A stretch of DNA of 64,000 nucleotides from Octopus vulgaris (GCA_951406725.2 OX597818.1:6510001-6574000), one strand, 5' to 3'. Shown: positions 13,901 through 27,672, counted from the stretch's first letter. The notes: generated by a model not told the origin, from the sequence alone. Numbers and translations are program-made.

Positions 13901-16225
13901 TACTAGAATGCGGTGCACAAACGAGTACTGTTGAACGCATTGATGTATAAGGAGGAACTTATTCCCTTAATACATACACTACTTGCCTAGCATATTTTGT
14001 GTCTCAAAAGCATAGTTGTGCTAAGAATAATTAAGCAAATGTTCAATTCAGATCTCGCTGTAGACGGTACAAATAACGATATCCTATATATCGTGTGCCT
14101 ACATATTTGTGTATGTCTTATGTATTTGGATCCAAAATTCTTTTTGTTTATATACTCTTGTGTTCGTCGTAAATTCTAACTAATGATTGTTCTTCATGCT
14201 ATTTTGACTAAGAAGTTTTTATAATCGTTAATGTTAAGTTGTTCTACTTTCATGAATTTGATAGAATACTCTTACAATCCATATCGCATAACTTATTTTA
14301 TAACTCCTTTTACTTTACAATTTATAACTGTATGCAGACTATATTTCTGCCACTCATCTTACTGAATGGATCTTTCATACTTTTGGCGAAATATTAATAT
14401 ATCTCACTGCACCCAGTTCATTATTTCTCATAACATTTCTGATAAGGTAACAAGCAAAATCGTTATGTAGATTTAATATTATAATTATGTAACTGTCGCC
14501 GAAACATGTGTAATGAGGTTATAAATAATAAATTTCGCACTGCATTCTCATGCCTTGTACTATACAAATTCTTGTTTAAAGGTGTAGGTGTCTCTGTGTT
14601 TTTATTTTTGTTTTTAAGTGAGACTAAATCTGGTGCAGTAACTGATTATTTCTGTAGACGGTCTAAACAATGGTGTATTTTATATTAAAGCAATTTACTC
14701 CTGACTTATTTCTTGCTCCAATATGATCACCAAAGGTCTTGAACACTGTACACTTTCGGTCACTTAAAGCGACTGAGACAAATAAATTAAGAAATATATT
14801 CATAATAATACTCTCCAATAACGAGTTCGTAATTCTACTCTGTTCACGCTTTTAAGAAAATAGTTGATGTTGTCATAAGCGAAGCAATGGAAATAATAAT
14901 CGTAGATGTACTCCGATTATATTGTAAACAAATTGTTAAAGGCGAATAAGAGCACAGAAAAAAGAGAAACAACGATGAAGTGTCAATAAATATTTTTTTA
15001 CGAATATCCTGTGTAGAAAAAACTTATAAAATGATGGAAATTCTGACACTATTTATTACTTCGTATTTCAACTCAAATCAGACGAATAGGGTGTTATATA
15101 AATACTAGAATATATTTTGTAATATTAATAATACAAATACATTGCCCAAAACTTTAAAGCAAAGGACTCAAACGTTTAGGAAATTAAGTAAAGCCTATGC
15201 AGAAGTAGACACACTCGTAAACACACACACATATACACACACACGCGTATACATACATTCATACATACATAAAAACGTACATACATACATGCATGTATAA
15301 AGTGTAGCGTAGGACATGTGTTTCAATGGCTCGAATATTGTATATTACTTGTTCATCAAATTAGCGTGTTAGAGTCTAAGTATATTATAGTCAGCACGTT
15401 TTGGGGAAGCAAAACATTTAACTTTTAACTACCTGCGCACATTCAGGCCATCGAGAACACTTAGGCCATCGAGAACATTTTGAAGTCGTTCGATTATGTG
15501 CGCACTATAATGCTATTTGTGGTGATAATGCTATTTGTGGCAAAAATTCCTCTAGGATGGAGCGGTAAACACCAACTTTATGTTAAATCTACCCCCTGAG
15601 GATCGCATGCTGTATAGTAGCTGTGATTCTGTCGTTGAAGTGGGTTAGTTTAAGGAATCACATGTCAGATTCCGTACTGTAGGCCTTCTTATATGATTTA
15701 ATCACTATGAGGTTGTTTAACCATAGTCGTTTGGAGGATAGCAGGTTTTTAGGGTTAGGGTTCTTCAGGAACTGCTTGGCTTGGTAGACTTATCAGCATT
15801 GTCGCTGTACCTGTCGCTTATAGCGCGACTTCGTACGCGTGTGGATTTGGCTTTCTGTGAGAGGGTTAACTCGCAGTACTCAAATAGCTTCCTACACGCA
15901 AATTTCCTGTAAAGCTGGTACGGGCGGAACCGTCCTATTTAATGCTGAGTTGAAAATCGAGCAAAGAGAGAATTCTGGACACGTCTGGGATTTCACTTTC
16001 AAACTTTATATGCTGGTCGACGTTATTAACTTCCTGGCGTATGTCGATCATCTCGTCCCTGGAGGAGGTAAGCATCAGAATATCGCCAACTATCTGGAGA
16101 AAAAGACTCATGAGAGGTAGGTGTAAATGCTGTGCTCTCCAGTTGGTCTAGCATGGGCGGCTAGATCTCATCAGCAGACCTGATACCAGCTTGTATGATA
16201 CACCGTTGTACTGCAAGTAGTGAGA

Positions 16226-16360
16226 GAAGAAGAAGAAGAAGAAGAAGAAGAAGAAGAAGAAGAAGAAGAAGAAGAAGAAGAAGAAGAAGAAGAAGAAGAA
16301 GAAGAAGAAGAAGAAGAAGAAGAAGAAGAAGAAGAAGAAGAAGAAGAAGAAGAAGAAGAA
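16226..16360. repeat. (GAA)n microsatellite
   Basis: Direct reading. It may be the tail of a decayed retroelement upstream. Confidence 0.95.
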
Positions 16361-17684
16361 GGAGAGAAGGGGAGTACATGAAGAAAATCTACGTGGCTCC
16401 TTCTTAAATGATCGGATATGTTATGTGAAATAGAACTTCTGAGGACAAGGTAATTTATATTATACTTCGATGCATATATTTCCATGCAATCGTTCTTCAA
16501 ATGTATTCCTTTCACAAATATATCTTGTAAACTGCAAAAACCAACAAAAGCCATTTTTTTAATACAGCTTATATAACATTGCGTGCCAAGTGGAAATATC
16601 GGTAAACAACATTCTCATGTTTGAATTGTGGTTTATGAGATTATTTCAATGAATATTGAAAACTGATTATTTGCCCGTCGGAAATTGCAATAGTTAATTA
16701 TTCACAAGTCGTTTAAATTTCCTTAACCTCCCATTTCATTCAGCCGACCGTAAATGCAATATACAAAGTCCTTGAATAATCATGAAATATAGATCAGGTG
16801 CAAAACAGTTAAAATAATTTTACAGTTGTATTTCTAAATATCGTAAATATTTAACTAAAGGTTCAGAAATGTAGTTCATATGCTTATAGTAAATGCAAAA
16901 TGTGGTCATTAAATAGTTCCCAATCAATATTATGATAAAAAGAGGATATGATTTAATACATGACTTATTTTTTGCAATACATTAATCAAATCTGATGTGT
17001 TCTAAAACTTTTACTAAGATAAATCTAAGTGGCTCCCTTTTAACTGATCGGATGTTATATGTGGAATATAATGAACTTTTGAGCACAAGGTAATTTAGCT
17101 TTCTAAAACATAAAATCTCGATAATTACTAAACTATTGCAAAATAAATTAGCCTATTTAAATACAGAGGGCTCGGGTCTAATTAGAATAGCAGTTCCAAA
17201 TACTAATATCATGCATCAGCAATGCGTCTGTCCAACCATCTCAACAAATCACATTATAAATGTATTATGTCTGCTCTTGCTTGATTGTGATACACGTTTT
17301 GGTATTATATCATGTTTATGTTTCTGCGGTTTACAAGAGATATTTTGAAAAGAATTCATTGGAAGAACAATATATGCATGGAAATATCTGTATGGAAATA
17401 TATGAATCAAAGCATAATAACCATGGTGACGTTTGAATCGTTATAATGAAATGAATTTAATAAAGTTATTCTGATCGCTATACAGCTGTGACTTAGTGAA
17501 AGCTTCTGAAATAAAGATGTAAGTTTTAAGCGAAGATGTGCGTTTTAGGTATAACACATAATCGCAACCTCACCCCCACCCCTACAGACAGTCACACAGG
17601 TATATGGATATATATATACATATATATAGAGAGAGAGAGATAGGTAGATAGATATGTATATATGTATATATGTATATATACATG

Positions 17685-17721
<37 letters not shown>

Positions 17722-17861
17722 CTAATGTAGGATAAAAGTATTTCGAAAAAAAATTTTATCAATGGCCAGCATATTAAAAAATGCCTTTAAAAGTTAAATT
17801 TATAAATAACTTATAAAATAAGGGCAAAAGAAAAATTCTAATGCCAAATATGCCAAATATA

Positions 17862-18273
17862 GGCGCAGGAGTGGCTGTGTGGTAAGTAGCTTGTCTACCA
17901 GCCACATGGTTCTGGGTTCAGTCCCACTGCGTGGCACCTTGGGCAAGTGTCTTCTACTATAGCCTCGGGTCGACCAAAGCCTTGTGAGTGGATTTGGTAG
18001 ACGGAAACTGAAAGAAGCCCGTCGGATATATATATATATATGTATATATATGCGTGTTTGTGTTTGTGTGTCTGTGTTTGTCCCCTAGCATTGCTTGACA
18101 ACCGACGCTGGTGTGTTTATGTCCCCGTTACTTATCGGTTCAGCAAAAGAGACCGATAGAATAAGTACTGGGCTTACAAAAGAATAAGTCCCGGGGTCGA
18201 GTTGCTCGATTAAAGGCGGTGCTCCAGCATGGCCGCAGTCAAATGACTGAAACAAGTAAAAGAGTAAAGAGTA
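17862..18273 (+). mobile_element. Full-length tRNA-derived SINE family A
   Basis: A-box-like GTGGCTGTGTGG, B-box-like GGTTCAGTCC, CCTTGGGCAAG core, internal (TA)n/(TG)n and an (aaagagt)n tail. Confidence 0.92.
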
Positions 18274-19180
18274 TGCCGAAAATAGACAAAATTGTCAATA
18301 ACCATTGTAATTTATGCGTCTCGAAACAAGCCGATTGAAACTTCTAAAACATTCCGTTATTACCGTATTGGTCCCAATTTCAGAGTTAATTCATAAGAAT
18401 TTTCTCCTCCTCACCGATAAATACGTAAGACATAAATGAAATACTTACTCATACCCATGGAAAAAGCAGACACTAAGTCCTGAGCAGACCTATGTAGCCC
18501 AAATATATCCAAAATAGAAAATCTTCAGCATATCTCGAGACATTAACTCTGAAATTGGGACATTCTTTCCACACCTATACCCATAACCACGGACACACGC
18601 ACACACGTACACACGCACACACCCAGATGCATTAAAGTCTTGTGAAAGTTACTTCACTCCTGCCTAACTCCTCTCTTCCTTATTAACTACCATTCACCCT
18701 CACCACCCTACTTTACCACCCCACACTGCCACCCACCATCACCTAACACTTCACACCACACCACTACACACACTAGCACTAACCACTTCCCTGCACCCAC
18801 AATACACATAATCATCCACCCACCCACACCAGCACACGATCTTCAATAACGTCACCATACATACCACTATATAAGCACCCACACGTTACAGACGCTTACA
18901 CACAAACATGAACACACACACTTACACACGCAGACTTGCCAAAGACTTAACAAATCACTGGCCCTATCCACACACGCACACTTGCACATTCATACACACC
19001 ATTCTCACATATACCCACACTCACGCAAGCACACCTTTGGTTGTGAGTCAACGTCACTTTATTACGTCCCTTTCTTCCAACCTCTTCTTTCAAACACATT
19101 TTCTAGTCAGTCGCCAAGCTTGACCGATAAATCTACAGGTTTTTTTTTCATTCTCAATCTGTATTTTTCTCTTATTCTTT

Positions 19181-19212
19181 CTTTTGAAGAGTGTAGCCTC
19201 GAAACGTAAAAT
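19181..19212 (+). ncRNA. Minimal Penelope-type hammerhead-like motif
   Basis: ctt-TTGAAGA-gtgtagcctc-GAAACGTA-aaa, with palindromic ACGT stem III. It ends a CA-rich pseudo-LTR-like tract (about 17720-19300). Confidence 0.45.
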
Positions 19213-19462
19213 ACTTTTTGTCTTTCATTTTTACCGAGTGTCAATCTAATACACCTACTTGTTCATTTTATATAAATATCATCTATATATACGCTCAGTG
19301 GTCACTCCAGTTTTATCCTGCTTTAACATCCTACTTATTGGACCTGCATATCTCAACTACGTCCTGAACCTTCTGCACATCTCTTCATCTACAGACAGAT
19401 TACCACTGGGTATACGGACTCTAATCTCACGGATTTCCCTGGACTTTTTTTTCGTTGATATA

Positions 19463-19501
<39 letters not shown>

Positions 19502-19504
19502 GGA

Positions 19505-19760
19505 GTTGGAGTTGTGGCGTGCTCCTGTAATCTAGCTACTCGGAGGCTTGGTTGGTTGGCCGGTTTGAGGATGGAATCCTGGTAGTCGGTCTTCTATGGC
19601 GATCGGGTGTCCGCTCTAAGCTCGGCATCAATATGGTGCTGGAGAGGGAGCTCATCAGGACCAGGTTGTCTAAGGAGGCCCCGTGTCGAGCAGTAGTGGG
19701 ATCGCGCCTGTGAATAGTTGTCGGTTAGCAGCCCGTTCGATACTACTGAACACCAATCTA
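19505..19760 (+). pseudogene. RN7SL: 7SL (SRP) RNA copy with helix 8 deleted
   Basis: Recognisable metazoan 7SL blocks: GTGGCG..CCTGTAATC.AGCTACTCGGAGGCT, CGATCGGGTGTCCGC.CTAAG.TCGGCATCAATATGGTG, CCAGGTTG.CTAAGGAGG and CAGTAGTGGGATCGCGCCTGTGAATAG. About 40 nt are missing at 19678/19679, and TTTTT follows at 19762-19766. Confidence 0.9.
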
Positions 19761-19769
19761 ATTTTTATT

Positions 19770-20004
19770 GGCGCAGGAGTGGCTATAGGCGCAGGAGTGG
19801 CTATAGGCGCAGGAGTGGCTATAGGCGCAGGAGTGGCTATAGGCGCAGGAGTGGCTATAGGCGCAGGAGTGGCTGTGTGGTAAGTAGCTTGTTTACCAAC
19901 CACATGGTTCCGGGTTCAGTCCCACTGCGTCCCAGGGTCGAGTTGCTCGATTAAAGGCGGTGCTCCAGCATGGCCGCTGTCAAATGACTGAAACAAGTAA
20001 AAGA

Positions 20005-20007
<3 letters not shown>
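19770..20007 (+). mobile_element. Family A SINE with 5 tandem copies of its first 18 bp and a central deletion
   Basis: (ggcgcaggagtggctata)x5 at 19770-19859. The head (19860-19930) is joined directly to the 3' tail. Confidence 0.9.
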
Positions 20008-20040
<33 letters not shown>

Positions 20041-20044
<4 letters not shown>

Positions 20045-21417
20045 TGAGCCTTAAAAGGGATGTGATTTTTTCAAATGTCAACTTTTATACGGTAAATTCA
20101 AAGAACTTATTTCGAGGATGCAAGTGTAAATATTGCAAAATATGCTGGTTTATGACTGAGACCCCAATTGTAGGTAAACTTTCAACTTTCCCAAAAACGG
20201 GACGCAAAAACGCAGTTGCGTCGAATGCCATGGGTAACAGTCGCAAACAATTGTCATGAAAACGAAAATGCACGTGCATCTTGTGGAGGTTACAGGTATA
20301 ATAATCAACTTGAACTGAGTTCCTGGCATTCCTGACTTGGACCCTATTGTCAGCAGCACAGAGAGAACAAGCTATCGAATGAATGCAAGCAGGGCAGCCT
20401 ACCCTGGTTGGTGCGAAAGTTTACAATGTCCATGTCAGCACCGTCTATCCCCTGCAACTGCGATACAACACCAACAGCACTGCAGAGGGCACCCCAGCTA
20501 CTGGACAGCAACCCATCAGCGACGACACGTTACAATGTCGACTGGCTGCCAACAAACTTCGTTGCCGCCGTCCAGCTCGTGAGCCTGTCCTCACCGCCCG
20601 CCACCGTCAGGCACGACTACAAGGGCTACGCAGTACCGACATTAGCGGCATCAACAATAGAAATAGACAGTCTTCTCTGACGAGAGAAGAAACTGCGTTT
20701 CCTCTACGGATGGTAGAGTGAGTGTGTGACCCAGGAGAAGTGAACGGTAGAGAGACGCATGTATCATGGAAAGAGACTCGTGGTGTGGCCAAAGCATCAT
20801 GGTTTAGGGGCTATAGGCCTGAATTAGAGAATTGGGCGCCATGTGTTCCAAAATGTTGGTGCAAGCAAAGGAAATGACATCACAGCGCAGCGCTACGTTG
20901 ACCGTACCCTAAGACCTCACATCGTGCCCTTCTTCGCGCATCACCATAGCCACGTGTTCCAGTGGGACAATGCTCCTTCCCAGATGACCAGGGTCACCTT
21001 GGACTTCCAGCGTCATCATAACATAAGAAGCATGCCGTGGCCGGCTCTCAGCCTGGATTCGAACCCAACTAAACACCTATGGGGCGAAATCCAGAGGCAG
21101 CTAAACAAGGTGGTCCTATGGCCGACTACTCGTGTGGAACTGGAGGCAGCTTTCCTCAGGGTGTGGGCACAGGTACTAATGGCTTTTGTAAACCACCACA
21201 AGCATTCCATGTACCGACGATGTATACGGTATTGAACAGGTCACGCACGACAATCTCGATGTGTTGGATCCGCCTACTACCAGAACACATGACAACCAGT
21301 CGTAGACCATAGTCAAAGTTCTTCCAACAAATTTACTTTATCAAAATCTCTGACATAACGAAAGTAAAATATATTTCACAATCACACATGTTTCGCATTT
21401 CCTTGCGGTTTAGTTTA
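20041..21417 (+). mobile_element. Decayed Tc1-like (DD34E) transposon
   Basis: LRCRRPAREPVLTARHRQARL, FQWDNAP and WPALSLDSNPTKHLW fragments; diverged TIR-like ends in TA context. Confidence 0.85.
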
Positions 21418-21526
21418 CGTGTGTGTGTATATGTTTGTTTTTGTATATATATATATACACTCACACAAACAATTGTGAGTGTATATATGTATGTATACAT
21501 GAGTGCGTGTTTAAGCGCATATTTGC

Positions 21527-21596
<70 letters not shown>

Positions 21597-21598
21597 TG
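21527..21598. repeat. (GATA)n(GACA)n tetranucleotide repeat
   Basis: Direct reading. Confidence 0.95.
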
Positions 21599-22634
21599 AC
21601 AAATGTGTGATCGTTGGAATTATATAAAATGTAAATCTAAGCTTGACTTCAATTTATGTATTTACATTTCTATAAATATGCATACTATGCGTGTAGTAAA
21701 TCGTATTATTTGATAGGATTCGATTCTTGGCTCGCTGACTCACGATAGATATCTGTGCGCTGTAGGTTAATAGGAATATCTAATTTAAATTCTTTGAAAC
21801 TTCTAACACGAATATATCTACAAAACTCCATATACGTGGAAGAAAATAATTTTTAACGTATGTACGCTCAGGGTAATAGCTTTATTAATATATGAATTCA
21901 GTATGTTAATGTTTAATCATATAACTATAAGTAGAATATGTATATATAAGCTACAGAATGTAACACAAAATATTGTATATTTAAATTTCGATTGATATGT
22001 CTCGTTCTCACGCTTACTTTTTCCCTCTCTCCCTGTAGCCGTATGTCTTTTTTTCCTTGAATATTTTGATACCTATATACAAATCATGAACGAATGAAGT
22101 TAAAAGAAAATCCATTATTCCATTACCTATGGAGCAAATAGAAAATAAGTTATTTTATTAAAAAATATAGAAACATTTCTGAAAATATTTTAACGCATTC
22201 GATATTAAACGGAAAATATAGTCCAAGAAAGAAAAGCAGATAGAAATAATTTAGATTAATAGATGACGAAATTTCCTGTAAATAAGACGGCACCAAACAC
22301 ATTCAAATTATTGAAAGTTCATGTAGGTACTTAAAACAAATTGTAAAATATCAAACAGCCATATTTGGTATTTAGGATGGTCGCAAACAGGTGAGTGTTA
22401 GTGATGGCTTTAGCGTAAAATCATGTTTACAATGTATTATAAGATTGAAAATTGTCAGGTCAATTATCTCGTATTTAACCAATAAAGGAAAAATCACAAC
22501 TTTCAGGAGAGGTAAATTAATCTTGAAAATCAACAGTTGGTAGACGAAGTGCATCGAATGAATAAGGAAATTGCTAGAAACGTAAAAATTATACGGATAG
22601 TTACTAACAGTTTTTATGCTCCTTTACTACACTA

Positions 22635-22926
22635 CAAAGGTTCTCAAACTTTTGGGGCTACTGTCTCACTCATGGCCACATAATAGCCCTAGGAACTACC
22701 CCTATTTTTATGTACAAATAAATATTATATATTTTTCTAATATATATATACTATGAATCATTTGATATTTAATATATTATATAATTTGTATACAGTACTA
22801 TGATAATATTATAATAAATTTATAGCGTCCCCCAATCCACTGCCTACCTCCCAACGATTCCTTTTTCTCTACCTGGACTGTCTCAACGCTCACCGGGGGC
22901 GGTAGCACCTACTATAAGAACCTATG
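22635..22926. mobile_element. hAT/Charlie-like MITE
   Basis: Ends caaaggttctca.. / ..taagaacctatg form an imperfect TIR of the CAGxGGTTCTCAA type. No clean 8-bp TSD was found. Confidence 0.5.
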
Positions 22927-23214
22927 GTATAGTATGTTCTCAATGTTGAAATACGAATTTGACGTATGTTTGTGTGTGTATGTGTGTGTGAGTATGTGTG
23001 TGTGCATACATATTACCTATATGCTTACATATAAATATAGGCTCGGTGCGGTTGTGTTATTAAGAAGTAGCGCTTTAAGCTTACGTGATTCCGGCTTCAG
23101 ACTCACGGTGCGGAGATGTAGGCATGTGTCTTCTAGTAGTTTCCAGAGGAAACCAATGCATCTGGGTTATACTAGAATATTATACTATACCCATGAACAA
23201 CCTATATATATGTA

Positions 23215-23815
23215 CTGGCCTGCCCCGTCTTAAGGCAATTCGATTTAAGTCGTCCTCGATTATATGTCGGTTTTCAAAAATAATTATCAGGTTCAGTCAT
23301 TTTACAGGACTTTACGTCACAAATATTGCAGTCGCAAAGTCACTGGGAAACCTTTAAAAGCACAAAAAACCATGTCATTGTACAATAAATAAGAGTAAAA
23401 GCATATAAAATCATATTAACATATGTACAGTAAATGTTAAGATACACACCATAAAGTAGTGTAGCTTAGTGAACAAAATCATGAAGTGAGCTTCTGTCTT
23501 ATTTATCGATCTTTCATAATGCACTGTAGTTCCAATATCTATCATAAGGTGTCGTTGTCACTTGTGATTCCCGCAATTGTTTTGAATTCAGATTTGTTTA
23601 CGTCTGTTTGTCGCCAACTTTCTCATTCTCATTTATTTGTGACTTTATGTTTTGTCCCCATGACTCATGAAAATTCATAGTGAAAGTGTTTAGCGTCATG
23701 TTATAAAGCTGGAAGATAAACTGTCTATGATAAAACGCCATGAAGAAAGTGAATCAGTGAGCAATTGCACGATATTTTGGGATGGGTCGGACAACAGGTA
23801 TAATTATAGAATTCT
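23215..23815 (+). mobile_element. pogo/Tigger 5' fragment
   Basis: TA-C(T)GGCCTGCCCCGTCTTAAG start. 23694-23800 encodes RHVIKLEDKLSMIKRHEESESV/AIARYFGMGRTT, a psq-type HTH of Tigger/CENP-B. Confidence 0.6.
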
Positions 23816-24950
23816 AGACCCATTTTTCTTATTTCTCCAAAGCAGTGAAAACACTTAACACCGATGCTGTGGTTGTTGTCTCACTCATTGTTGTCTCACT
23901 GTCGATGGTGTTGTGTATTAGCATAATTCTGTGTCGATTTCTTTAAATCCTTATCCAACTTGTTGGGTGTTTTACTAGGATTACTATTTTCTCCGCCTGT
24001 TTTTCCTCCGCGACCCGACAATGTAATCTGTTCACTATTATTTAGAATTGATCGCGTCAAACCAGTGTTTTTATGCTGAAGAAAACCGAAATAAGATGGA
24101 TATGTAAGTGAATGTATTTGCAAGTGAATGTATTTGCGTATATTCTATGATTATGCTGCCGTGCAGAGGTAAGGGCAGGATCTCTTTAGATTATAGATGT
24201 TCTTTTTGCTTTCGTCTTCGTGTTGCAGTCGTATAAATTGCAGTTACGAAATTTGTTGATGTTATTAAAAAGGAGCTGCAACTGAAGCTTCTGGTGGTAG
24301 TACTGCTGCTGCTTTTGGACTGTACAGAGTTTTATGTAAAACAGCTAACATAATACAGTTATGCAAATAGTAATGCATTTCCTAGTTAAAGGATCAGTAA
24401 TAGATCTTGCTATCATTGTCACTCATTGTCACCAAATATGTTTACATCTACAATTAGAAGACATCATAAAAGAAAAGAAACGGAATTAAAAGTCTGCACA
24501 AATACTCTTAATCATATATTATTTAGCCAGTTGTGATAATGAAATATTGAATTTTTTCTTCCTGTCAAATGTTGAAATCAGTTCATGATGGAATAAATCT
24601 CAACGTTTAGATTCGATATTCATGTTACTTGCTTCCAAATCTGCTTCATTAATTTTTGCTTTCATTCAAGGTTATGTTGATATCAATGCTGTAGATTATA
24701 GGCATTCCATACTTATTTTTTGCTGTAAGACTATTTGCTGCGAATATTCTCTTCTAGATTGACATTTCTAAATCAATTTCTAGATAAAAGAGCAAATCTA
24801 ATAATCAGAAGTTGATTAAATAAAAAGTTTCGTCATATATTAAAGTCGTTCTGAAATATATGACGGTATTTAACTTGTATTCATTTTCTCATTCAATATA
24901 TTGTGTGTGCGCGTGTGTGTGTGGCATGTTTCTGTGTGTGTGTGTATGCA

Positions 24951-25295
24951 TACAGGTTATTTCGGCTAAACTATATTATGACTTCTTTTATCAGGAACAG
25001 CTCCATTAAATTGGTGAACAGTCAACCGTGTTAGAAAGCATAATGATTAAATTTGTAGTTTAGTAATGTTGGCTTAGATGGAAGAACGGAAGCCATCTGA
25101 ATATTGGAGATGATTTCCTTGTGTCACGATAATTTACGCCGGGCGACAAAATGCCGACATCTTGACTACTGCACAATGCAATGTGAACATTGTAAAGGCT
25201 ATAAAACGTAACATGAACTGCTGCAACGGAGACTACAAAGCCTTGGGCAGCAAGAAGGGTCACAGAAGGCGTTCTTACTACGTCTGCACGCCTAG
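24951..25295 (+). mobile_element. maT/DD37D-like transposon 5' fragment
   Basis: TA-CAGGTTATTTC start. NCCNGDYKALGSKKGHRRRSYYVCTP parallels the N-terminus of the 61505-62380 element. Confidence 0.5.
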
Positions 25296-25846
25296 GTACC
25301 TCACCATGTTTTCGAACAGAGCTTCGTTCATTTTAGATTGGTGTATACACAGATTGCTCATCTTCTCGGGCGAATGTCGTCACCGTGTGATTCCGTGTAG
25401 TCAATGACACTTCTGACTTTCGTCCATGACCTCTTAGATGAATTTACGATTCCGTTGTAAATCAGTCCAATTTGAAGCATAAATTACAGGTGAGTGCTAT
25501 AACTTACTGCGCGGTTCCAACACACATCCTTCCATCGTCAGAGCACGATCAGTAGATGGAATGAAAATTGAGATCATCACAAAGAGGTATCTAAATGTGA
25601 CTGGATTATAATTATAAACGCTTGCACAACGTAAGTGCCACTCTGAGTTTCTGTGAAGAATACCTACCTATCACGTGAAACCGCTAGATTTACATCAGAT
25701 TTCTATCTCACCTAACATGTCTCTGTGATAACTGTTCCGGATCCTTTACTCCCAGTAGTTTCACTGCGCCTACTGATACCACACAAGGTTATTTCTGCAT
25801 CCATTTCTGCGTCATAACCATGCTACCGGATGGAGTATAAAGTCCT

Positions 25847-25877
<31 letters not shown>

Positions 25878-25907
25878 TATGCGCGTACATATATACATAC
25901 AAATATA

Positions 25908-27198
25908 CGAGGGACGTTCAATAAGTAATGCCTCTGACCCACTTGCAGTTGTTTGATCTAGCTGAAATTTTGCATGTGCAATCATTTATATCTCTATAGA
26001 GTAAGTAGCAAATTACAGCTCTGAATTAATTGTGGTTTCTGATTTACAGGTGTTTGAACCGAGTCAAGTGTGAAATGGAGCCTGTTGAGTGTCGAGCAGT
26101 GATCCGGTTTTTGTATTTGAAAGGACGCACACCACGGGAGACTTTTGATGAAATGAAAGTAACTTATGGTGATGATGCCCCATCATATGACCTTGTAAAA
26201 CGCTGGCATCGTGAATTCAAACATGGTCGGAACTCTGTGGAAACAGCTCCCAGATCTGGTCGCCCCCTTCTGCCATTGATGAGGCATCTGTCCGTCAAGT
26301 TGAGGCTGCCATTTTGGAAGATCGACGCATAACTATTCGCCAAATAGCCCACGAGGTCAAGATTAGTACCGGTCTGTGGAAACTATCATTCATGACCATT
26401 TGCATATGCAAAAGGTGTCTGCCAGATGGATTCCAAGGTTGCTCACGCCTTTCCAGAAGCAAGAACGCGTCGAGTGCTCGAGGGTGAATTTGGAGATGTG
26501 CCAAGAAGATGAGTCAAAATTTTTCAAAAGACTGATTACACAGGATGAAACCTGGCTCCATCACGATGATCCAGAGACCAAAGCCCAGTCAATGCAGTGG
26601 AAGCACCGTGACTCACCCCCTCCAAAAAAGGCAAGGATGCAGCCCTCCGCTGGCAAGGTCATGCTCACAGTCTTCTGGGACCAGGACGGAGTAGTGATGA
26701 CAGATTTCCTGGCAAAGGGTACCACAATTGCAGGAGCCTATTATGCTTCACTTTTGAGGAAATTAAGAGAAGTTATCAAAATCCAGAGGCGGGGCAAGAT
26801 CAGCAAAGGCATCTCCTCCTGCAGGACAACGCTCCAGTCCACAACTCGCTTGTCGCCAGATCAGAAGCACAGGCGTATGGCTATGAACTCCTCCCCCTTT
26901 CCCCCCTACTTTCCTGACCTTGCACCCTTTAATTTTCACCTCTTCCCAGTCATGAAGTTGTTTTTGAAAGGAAAGCGTTTCCCAGATGATGCAGCCTTGA
27001 TTTCTGAAGTCGCGTTCAGGTTGGAGGACCAAGCTGGGGTCTTCTACAAAAACGGTCTCCAGAGCTGCATCAAACAATGGGAGAAATGCGTAACTCTGGG
27101 TGGTTCCTATGTAGAAAAAGACTAATAACTGTGCCAAGTGTCGTTGCTCTACTGCTATGGGAAGTGGGTCAGGGGCATTACTTATTGAACGCCCCCCG
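25908..27198 (+). mobile_element. Full-length mariner transposon copy 2 (same family as 4795-6084)
   Basis: TIRs cgagggacgttcaataagtaatgcctctgacccactt / aagtgggtcaggggcattacttattgaacgccccccg with TA TSD. Colinear with copy 1. Confidence 0.95.
26075..27125 (+). pseudogene. Mariner DD34D transposase, frameshifted
   Basis: MEPVECRAVIRFLYLKG, VSARWIPRLL, TQDETW and PPYFPDLAP. Indels near 26265, 26372, 26813 and 26900. Confidence 0.93.
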
Positions 27199-27234
27199 TA
27201 CATACATACATGCACGCATACATATATCATATGC

Positions 27235-27276
<42 letters not shown>

Positions 27277-27312
27277 GTGTGTGTGTGCGCGTGTGTGTGT
27301 CTGTGTGTGTGT

Positions 27313-27613
27313 GGAGGTGCAATGGGCCAGTGGTTAGGGCAGCGGACTTGCGGTCGTAGGATAGCGGTTTCGATTCCCAGACCGGTCGTTGTGAGTGTTT
27401 ATTGAGCGAAAACACCTAAATCTCGACGAGGCACCGATAGGGGGTGGTGGTGATGCCTACTGTACTCTTTCACTACAACTTTCTCTCACTCTTTCTTCTG
27501 TTGGCCTTCTCGCTTAGCCAGCGGGGTGGCGTCATTTGAAGACTAAAACAATACGAAGCGCATTGTGACTAGCAATGTGTAGTAACATCTGATAGCCTGG
27601 TCGATCACGTGAT

Positions 27614-27621
<8 letters not shown>
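27313..27621 (+). mobile_element. tRNA-derived SINE family C
   Basis: tRNA-like head (TGGGCCAGTGG A box, TTTCGATTCC B box) and a gatcacgtgatcacgtga tail running into (TA)n. Confidence 0.8.

Positions 27622-27672
<51 letters not shown>

Noticed and set aside
14850-15000. Minus-strand peptide FLFFLCSYSPLTI..SIASLMTT resembling GPCR TM6-7
   Set aside because: Only about 50 codons; such hydrophobic runs arise by chance in AT-rich DNA.
15440-16225. Possible decayed RTE-like LINE 3' end with small tandem duplications before (GAA)n
   Set aside because: No diagnostic RT motif is readable; too degraded to call.
19770-19859. Regular 18-bp repeats suggesting a CRISPR array or an (ATPAPI)n protein
   Set aside because: There are no spacers, the unit is the SINE 5' end, and the context is eukaryotic.
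25295-25830. Possible minus-strand Tc1 remnant
   Set aside because: Only vague similarity; no catalytic motif or TIR found.
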